A stretch of DNA of 64,000 nt from a candidate division WOR-3 bacterium (lineage in GTDB: Bacteria > Hydrothermota > Hydrothermia > JBDRYB01), in contig JBDRYB010000002.1 of the NCBI GenBank assembly GCA_039803205.1, forward strand, positions 64,001 through 128,000. Reading direction: 5' to 3'. The position numbers and the translations under genes were made by a program. Shown here piece by piece: positions 58,040 through 64,000 of this stretch. The notes beneath the pieces are model-generated. The model saw only the letters and a list, made by a program, of their open reading frames with translations, was not told the origin of the DNA and did not search any database. Position 1 is the first letter of the stretch. Each line of letters opens with the position of its first letter.

Positions 58040-58582
58040 TTATTCCGCAACTTTCCTGAATACACCGACAGTGTCCCCGCCAAACTGGACCTCAAAGACA
58101 TCACCTATTGGGTTAGCAGGAAGACAGTAACCACGGTGTGCTATGTAGTAGAAATCCCCATCCTTATAAAGCCTAAACTTCTTTCCGGAGAACCCCGAGT
58201 CCGGCTCCCACTCCTTATACCGTCCTTTCCTGTCCATCCAGTAAAACTTCTCTGCGACTAGAAACTCCTTCTGGGGTTTTCCGCACGGCGGATCGTCGGA
58301 TATGACAAACACGAGGACCGTATCCGGGATGATCCAGGATCTAGCTGTGTCTCCCTGCCAGATCAACTGCCAACACTTGGCCCTGCGATATATCCACTGC
58401 TTTCCCTCTCTGGCATAAACCTTGTAATGCACGACCTCTTTTAGGGTGTCAGATCTCTCGGCTCCTGATGTGTCAATGTAGGTCAGGATTACCTGTTTCA
58501 GGAACTGGCCTGTTGGGTATCCGCACTCCGAGCCTCCGTATTTCTCGGAGATGAGCAAAAGAAAACAAAGAAACCAGCTCAC
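58040..58582 (-). CDS. Hypothetical exported protein
   Basis: Short hydrophobic N-terminus; GTG 6 nt after TAAAAT. Confidence 0.65.
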   Translation of the reverse strand: MSWFLCFLLLISEKYGGSECGYPTGQFLKQVILTYIDTSGAERSDTLKEVVHYKVYAREGKQWIYRRAKCWQLIWQGDTARSWIIPDTVLVFVISDDPPCGKPQKEFLVAEKFYWMDRKGRYKEWEPDSGFSGKKFRLYKDGDFYYIAHRGYCLPANPIGDVFEVQFGGDTVGVFRKVAE

Positions 58583-58677
58583 TTGATAATTTTAAGGCAG
58601 GGGCTCAGAGGTTTTCCAGCGCGAGAAATTGGAGTGTCCGAATGCGCCAGAACCCTCGGGAGCTTTAAGATTTGATC

Positions 58678-59316
58678 ATGCCCCTTCTCTATGCGATAAC
58701 GGACGAGAATCTCATTCCAAAAGGGAGGCTCCTGAAGGCAGTGGAATCAGCCATCTTGGGCGGAGCTGATATAATTCAGCTCAGGGACAAAACCACGCCG
58801 GACAGCGAACTCCTCCCCCTGGCTATGGAGCTCATGGCCTTGTGCAATGAGCACCGTGTTCCCCTCATAATCAACGACAGGCTTGAGATAGCGGCTGAGC
58901 TGAGCGCTGGGCTCCACCTTGGGGACGAGGATGTGCCTGTGGCCGTTGCCAGAAGAGAGCTGGGGCCTGATGCGATAATCGGCAGGAGTTGCCACGACAG
59001 CATAGCACTCGCGCTTGAGGCCAGGGAACAGGGAGCCTCATATGTGGCGTTTGGCCCAATATTCCCGACCCCAACGAAGCCGGGCCGCCCTGGCATAGGG
59101 CTCAGCATCCTTGATGAGGCCAAACAGACTCTTGATTTCCCCTTCGCGGCAATAGGGGGCATAGATGTGAGGAATATCCGAGATGTCGCGGGGAAAAAAC
59201 CCTGGGCAATATGCGTGATAAGGGCAATATTCGCTCAACCAGACCCAAAAGAGGCGGCCGCGAGGCTCAGGGAGCTCATGGCGCCAGATTCGCTCAAAAC
59301 TGAAATCCAACCATGA
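58678..59316 (+). CDS. thiE: Thiamine-phosphate synthase
   Basis: LYAITD, QLRDK, IIND, GLHLG, GRSCH, FPTPTK, AIGGI. Confidence 0.93.
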   Translation: MPLLYAITDENLIPKGRLLKAVESAILGGADIIQLRDKTTPDSELLPLAMELMALCNEHRVPLIINDRLEIAAELSAGLHLGDEDVPVAVARRELGPDAIIGRSCHDSIALALEAREQGASYVAFGPIFPTPTKPGRPGIGLSILDEAKQTLDFPFAAIGGIDVRNIRDVAGKKPWAICVIRAIFAQPDPKEAAARLRELMAPDSLKTEIQP

Positions 59317-59468
59317 GCTACCAGAGGGTTTCTACGATTTTCGTTCTTCCGGTTTCTCCCATCCTCCGTGAATACCTCAAGAACACCGGAAAATCTCTCT
59401 GTCCTGAGCCCTTCCGATAACTACCATCCCTTCTGTCCATCCGGTTGGTATATCTGGAAGTTCCCCTT

Positions 59469-60998
59469 CTACCTCACTGCTATTCTTCCTGACTGCTTCC
59501 CAGCCCGCCAGAAGTAAACACCCTGGTCAAGCTCTATCCTGTTGTCGCCCTTCTGAAGCATGCCAGAATACGCTAACCTGCCGTCAGCCAGGTATATCTT
59601 TATGCTCGTGGGTTCGGGGGAGAGGAATGATGCTCCGCCTTGGCAGGGTCTGGCTATGATCCTGGCGTTGGATCCGGAGTGGTGTTCATCCTCGCTTTCA
59701 TAGAGGGGGTCGCATATGGGCCTAACTGAGATGCCCGGATCCACGCGTTCGTAGCTCAGATCGGTCTTCGTGTATGACCAGTCTGACAGCGAAGCGACAG
59801 CGTATGTTGATAAAGACGGGGAGCTCGCCGGAGGATTGCAAGTAGCAACACAGGCTCCGGGGAATGTCCCGTCGCTCCTCAGGATGAGCAAGGCGAAATC
59901 CCAGTTCCCGACGCCGTAACTCATGGTCATCCCCGCTATCGCGAATCGCCCATCCGGCTTCTCAATAATGCATGTCGGGATCTCGTAGTTGCCGCCCCCA
60001 AAGGTCCTCGCCCATTCCAGGTCCCCGTTAGAGGCAAACTTCATGATGAGGAAATCGTAGGAACCGGCCCCAAAAGAGCTGCTGAAAGCGGGCAATATAA
60101 ATCCACCGTCCGATGTCCTCGTTATCTGAGGGCGGTAGAAATAGTCCAAATTAGCGTCAGCGAAGGCCTTGGCCCAAAGCAGGGCACCGTCCGAGAGCCT
60201 TATTTTCAGAACTCCGCCGCCATATCCTCCCAGATATCCGTCAACAACGAGGTTCCCATCAGCAAGTTGGGCTACAGAATACCCGAAATCGTTCTGACCG
60301 GAGGTGCCATAGGTTTTAGCCCAAAGGGTGTTTCCAAACCCATCAAGGCATATGACTAAGATGTCAAAGTCAGAGGAACCGCTTCTCACAGTGAACCCAG
60401 AGACAACTATTTTCCCATCAGATGTCTGAATAACCCCATAGGCGTGATCCTGGTTCACATCGGAGTATTTCTTTGCCCAGACCACATCCCCGTTTGGCGT
60501 CAGCTTCATGACGATGATATCCTGCTGGCCGCCGGGTATCGTATGTCCAGCAATGGCGAGGCCTCCGTCAGATAGCATCACCATCGAGTGAGCGTAATCA
60601 TAGTCGGGATAGGGAACCCCGTAGCTCTTTGTCCACAGGATTCCTCCGGATGAGTTCAGCTTCATGAGCACGATATCGTTGGAGATGTTGAAGTCGTCAA
60701 AGGCGTGGCCACCAACATAGTAGCTTCCGTCAGCGGCCTGAACTATGGGCCAAGCGAACTCGTCGTATGTGCCGCCTGTTCGGTAATACTCATAGGCCCA
60801 ACTGAGAGCGCCCGTTGAGTCCGTCTTTACGACCAGGAAACTCCCGTTTGAGTAGAATTCCCCCGAGTATCCGGCCATAGCGTAGCCCTGGTCCTGGGTC
60901 TGGATCACCGAGAAGCACTTGTTTGACCTATCCGTTCCGTAGGACTTCGCGAAGAACCCCTGCAGTTGAGAGATCAAAATACAAATTATACCAAACAT
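59469..60998 (-). CDS. Secreted beta-propeller repeat protein with C-terminal T9SS-like domain
   Basis: Repeats of K-x-x-x-x-G-x-x-x-WAK-x-YG...D...DGG; tail IYLADGRL...GVYF...IAVR. Confidence 0.82.
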   Translation of the reverse strand: MFGIICILISQLQGFFAKSYGTDRSNKCFSVIQTQDQGYAMAGYSGEFYSNGSFLVVKTDSTGALSWAYEYYRTGGTYDEFAWPIVQAADGSYYVGGHAFDDFNISNDIVLMKLNSSGGILWTKSYGVPYPDYDYAHSMVMLSDGGLAIAGHTIPGGQQDIIVMKLTPNGDVVWAKKYSDVNQDHAYGVIQTSDGKIVVSGFTVRSGSSDFDILVICLDGFGNTLWAKTYGTSGQNDFGYSVAQLADGNLVVDGYLGGYGGGVLKIRLSDGALLWAKAFADANLDYFYRPQITRTSDGGFILPAFSSSFGAGSYDFLIMKFASNGDLEWARTFGGGNYEIPTCIIEKPDGRFAIAGMTMSYGVGNWDFALLILRSDGTFPGACVATCNPPASSPSLSTYAVASLSDWSYTKTDLSYERVDPGISVRPICDPLYESEDEHHSGSNARIIARPCQGGASFLSPEPTSIKIYLADGRLAYSGMLQKGDNRIELDQGVYFWRAGKQSGRIAVR

Positions 60999-61039
60999 GC
61001 TAAAGCCTCCTTTGCACGCGATTTATATATTATAAAACA

Positions 61040-61064
61040 ATCTGACACGGATCTGACACAGATC
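61040..61064. repeat. 11-bp tandem repeat ATCTGACAC(G/A)G upstream of the propeller gene promoter
   Basis: atctgacacgg atctgacacag atc. Confidence 0.6.
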
Positions 61065-62478
61065 AGGGCCTCTCATAGAGAAGTAGTCTCACGCCGGGGA
61101 GATCCCAATCCCCTGAGAGACGGTAACCCATCTCAAGCCTCCTCATTAGGGGCTGAGGAGAAACCTCCCACTCCCTGGATAACATGAGCCATATCCTATT
61201 CCCGGACAAGGTGATCGTATCCTGATCTGTGCTTCGGTCTATTCCCACAAAGCTCTCGGTATAATAATAAAGCAGGGCCTGACCGACATTGCCGCTCGCC
61301 ACGAAAAGAGGTTCATCGGCCTTGCGGTTTGCTCTCAGAAGGGCCGCGGCTGAGCGGACATCTTCCTTGTAATACCTCCTATTAAAGAAGAAATTGAGAT
61401 CCGAGACGCACATGAGGCCAAGCATTAGGGCCGTTGAGATCCAAGACAAGGCCCTTGTTTTGAAGCTCATGGCCAGCCATAACCACACGAAGAGGAGAAA
61501 CACCCCTGACCAAGCCGTGTATCTTGGGTGGTGGGTTATGTTGAGGCCAGGCAAGAGGCTGAGAGCCAGAAGGAGAACTGGCGGCAACAGCGCGCATGTA
61601 AGCATAAAGACGAAACCCTTATTACGGATAAGCGATCCGATCTTCAATACGGGCAAGAGCGCGGCCGTGCCGCCGGCCGCAAGCCAGGGCCACTCCCTTA
61701 TTATGGCCCAAATGCCTTCAATCCGTATTTCCCTTACCGATGGACCGAGGCTGAACCCGAAGAAATAGGGAAACCAACCGTAGACAAAGCTCATCATCTC
61801 GCCGAGAGGGGTCTTCTTTATTGAGACAGGCGGAGGAGGGTTGCCGAAGGCGTAGATAGCCCATGGCAAAAAGGTAAGCGAGGCTATGATGGTTGAGACC
61901 AAAAGCCCCATGATAACTGGCCTCTCGCGCCTGAAGGCCAGGACATAGGCCCAAAGCCCCACCGTGAAAAAAGCCACTACATACTGGGACCAGAGGCCAA
62001 GCCCCAAGAAAGCCCCGCACGCCAACCACCACGCCTTACCCCTTTCAAACCTGAGAAAGGCAATTGACGCCAGGAGACAGAACAGCACAACCAGGGTGTA
62101 TGACCTCGCTTCCTGGGAGTAAAAGAAGAGCCAGGGGCTCGCTGAGGTAAAGAGCGCGACCAAAGCCCTTTGCATCCTCGGGAAACCCAGCTCTTTCGCC
62201 AGGAAATAGCTTGCAAGGACCGATAGCGCGCCAGCCACAGCCGCCGGGAGCCTGAGAAATGCCTCAGAATCCCTTATGTTCAGGCAGATATTGGCAAATA
62301 GGTAATAGAGGGGGGGTATCGTCGTCTCAAGGATCCTTATTTTGAACCAAGGGCCTTCGGAGCAGAAGTAGCTCATCGCCTCATCCATCCAGATGGACAT
62401 CCTGGAAAGCCCGGCAAAGCGCGATAGAGCAAGGATCGCTGAGATAGCCATTATCGCTAACTCGGCCCACTTGCTCAT
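61063..62478 (-). CDS. Glycosyltransferase family 39 (PMT-like) membrane protein
   Basis: SIWMDE, PPLYY, LRLP, YSQEARSY; many TMs. Confidence 0.85.
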   Translation of the reverse strand: MSKWAELAIMAISAILALSRFAGLSRMSIWMDEAMSYFCSEGPWFKIRILETTIPPLYYLFANICLNIRDSEAFLRLPAAVAGALSVLASYFLAKELGFPRMQRALVALFTSASPWLFFYSQEARSYTLVVLFCLLASIAFLRFERGKAWWLACGAFLGLGLWSQYVVAFFTVGLWAYVLAFRRERPVIMGLLVSTIIASLTFLPWAIYAFGNPPPPVSIKKTPLGEMMSFVYGWFPYFFGFSLGPSVREIRIEGIWAIIREWPWLAAGGTAALLPVLKIGSLIRNKGFVFMLTCALLPPVLLLALSLLPGLNITHHPRYTAWSGVFLLFVWLWLAMSFKTRALSWISTALMLGLMCVSDLNFFFNRRYYKEDVRSAAALLRANRKADEPLFVASGNVGQALLYYYTESFVGIDRSTDQDTITLSGNRIWLMLSREWEVSPQPLMRRLEMGYRLSGDWDLPGVRLLLYERP

Positions 62479-62554
62479 CTTGGCCTTAAGGATAAAACAA
62501 GGCCTCCAACCAAGGCAACCCTTGCGCTCAGTTGGTTGAATTATAATCTAGCGC

Positions 62555-62690
62555 ATGGATATTGTTCTACTACCTGACCCCGAGACCGCGTTCATCAGAC
62601 CGCTTCTCAGACATAAGGCAGGAGATAGCGGATGTCCTCATTGCATCAGGGATTAATGTTAAATACCACCACCACGAGGTAGCGCCGTGC
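62555..62690 (+). pseudogene. glnA: Glutamine synthetase (glnA) remnant with internal deletion
   Basis: MDIVLLPDPETAFI (beta-grasp region) fused out of frame to DRFSDIRQEIADVLIASGINVKYHHHEVAP (catalytic domain). Confidence 0.7.
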
Positions 62691-62830
62691 TCGCTTTCAA
62701 TGCCCGGGGGCGGAATCGTTCCTGACTCGCCTCGCGTGAATTGGCTCGGCGAGCAGCTAAAGGTGGACGCTCGTGGAACACGAACGATCCGAGGTATCGT
62801 GCTCGCTTTCAATGCCCGGGGGCGGAATCG
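62686..62830. repeat. 33-bp direct repeat containing the tRNA-Phe 3' end (62686-62718 and 62798-62830)
   Basis: cgtgctcgctttcaatgcccgggggcggaatcg occurs twice, 112 bp apart. Confidence 0.9.
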
Positions 62831-62885
62831 AACCACCGACACGGGGATTTTCAGTCCCCTGCTCTACCAACTGAGCTACCCGGGC
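62813..62885 (-). tRNA. tRNA-Phe (anticodon GAA)
   Basis: GCCCGGGTAGCTCAGTTGGTAGAGCA-GGGGA-CTGAAAA-TCCCC-GTGTC-GGTGG-TTCGATT-CCGCC-CCCGGGC-A; CCA not encoded. Confidence 0.96.
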
Positions 62886-62954
62886 AGGCCTCAAATTATA
62901 ATTTCACTGCCCGGCCGGTTGCAACAGGGGCTCTATGAGGTTTAAAATTTCAGC

Positions 62955-64000
62955 GTGATCCTGGTTTTCTTTCTCTTGGTTTATCCATTCCAGGATACCA
63001 TTGACTTCTCCCGGAGCTGGGCAAAAAGGGTTTTGGGCGATGAGGGTTTCAGCTCCGGCTATGCCCTGGCGGCTGGGGATGTTGATCGGGACGGCTACCA
63101 GGACCTGGTGGTCGGGTGTCCTGGCGCGAGCAAGATCTACATCATATATGGCCCTCTTGGGGATACGACCGATCTCCTTTGGCCCTCCGGAAGGAGAACC
63201 GTTATAAGGGGAAGGGATTCGGTTGGGACATCCGCGGCAATAGCCGATTTCAACCAGGACGGTTACACTGACCTTGCTTTTTCCGACCTTGATGGCAACG
63301 GGACCCTTTACATAGCCCTTGGCCCTATATCTGACAGCCTTGATCTCTGGGGAAACCTATGGGCTCAGAGGATAGTCTACTGCCCAGGCCTCTATTACCA
63401 CTGCATGCTCGGTAGCTCCTTTGCTGTTGGCGACTTCAACGGCGATGGCTATCCTGACCTTGCCGCTGGCGCACCAGGGGCAACATTTTACTGGAGGGAG
63501 AAAGCAGGCATAGTCTACATAATAATGGGGCGCGAGCGCTTCAACTCCGTTGAATACCTGGACGGATGGCACAGTGTGAAGACGATTCAGGGCGCTCTCA
63601 GCTATGACCAGATAGGTAGTTCCCTTGCCGCGGCTGATTTCAACGGGGATGGCATGGATGACCTCGCTATAGGCGCTATTGGGCTCAGCTATCGTCAGGG
63701 CGCTGGGGGCTTTTACATCCTTTACGGCCAGGCTACCATTCCGGATGTGATTGACATGCTTTACACGGATGAGGTGCGTTTGGCCCTGGTGTTCGGCGAG
63801 AGGGAATACGGTTCTCTGGGAAATTCCCTTTCTGCAGGGGATTTCAACGGGGATGGGCTTTTGGATCTCGCTGTTGGGGCTTGCGCATTTGGGGAACCAG
63901 AGGTGAACGCGGGGAGGGCATACATCTTGTATTTCCCCTTGGAGAGTGAAACCCTGGACATGGCAATGGCCACGAGGATAACGAGGATCATCGGCAGTCA
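62955..64000 (+). CDS. Integrin-alpha-like FG-GAP repeat protein (partial, runs off right edge)
   Basis: Not in the ORF track. GTG 62955 gives MILVFFLLVYPFQDT...GYALAAGDVDRDGYQDLVVGCPG...GDFNGDGYPDLAAGAPG...AG-x-VY repeats. Confidence 0.85.
   Translation, partial: MILVFFLLVYPFQDTIDFSRSWAKRVLGDEGFSSGYALAAGDVDRDGYQDLVVGCPGASKIYIIYGPLGDTTDLLWPSGRRTVIRGRDSVGTSAAIADFNQDGYTDLAFSDLDGNGTLYIALGPISDSLDLWGNLWAQRIVYCPGLYYHCMLGSSFAVGDFNGDGYPDLAAGAPGATFYWREKAGIVYIIMGRERFNSVEYLDGWHSVKTIQGALSYDQIGSSLAAADFNGDGMDDLAIGAIGLSYRQGAGGFYILYGQATIPDVIDMLYTDEVRLALVFGEREYGSLGNSLSAGDFNGDGLLDLAVGACAFGEPEVNAGRAYILYFPLESETLDMAMATRITRIIGS

Noticed and set aside
59320..59468. Possible remnant of another C-terminal sorting domain (KGNFQIYQPDGQK on the minus strand)
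   Set aside because: Too short and interrupted to support.
62562..62945. 127 aa ORF spanning tRNA-Phe
   Set aside because: Chimeric read-through of the glnA remnant into the repeat and the antisense tRNA.

Overview
A 64 kb, gene-dense chromosomal window from a diderm bacterium (lptF/G-like permease, lolA, Wzi-like outer-membrane protein). It has many secreted beta-propeller proteins with a C-terminal T9SS/FlgD-like Ig domain and AGG/ATA-rich codon use. This resembles a thermophilic WOR-3/FCB-type lineage, but that placement is inference only. Housekeeping genes include speE, speB, topA, priA, sucD, lolA, thiE, an M16 peptidase pair, OPT and ABC transporters, glycosyltransferases, tRNA-Lys(UUU) and tRNA-Phe(GAA). 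Small defence or mobile islets are interspersed: (i) an NYN RNase behind a promoter plus a long hairpin/U-tract RNA leader, next to a type II R-M pair; (ii) a 2.2 kb islet splitting speE-speB, with an intact two-gene DUF6978-like/DUF1828-like module and decayed HEPN and HNH genes; (iii) IS remnants after tRNA-Lys; (iv) a 50.3-54.1 kb stack of integrative-element remnants in which duplicated integrase 3' ends precede an unknown cargo gene and a HEPN-MNT pair, bounded by tRNA-Lys anticodon-arm repeats; (v) a glnA remnant abutting a duplicated tRNA-Phe 3' end. Window-wide patterns are pervasive leaderless gene starts (TANNNT 6-8 nt before the start codon), ultra-short uncharged signal peptides, and strong TCGA/GTAC avoidance. 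No CRISPR array or rRNA was seen. All family calls come from motif recognition by eye, without database searches.
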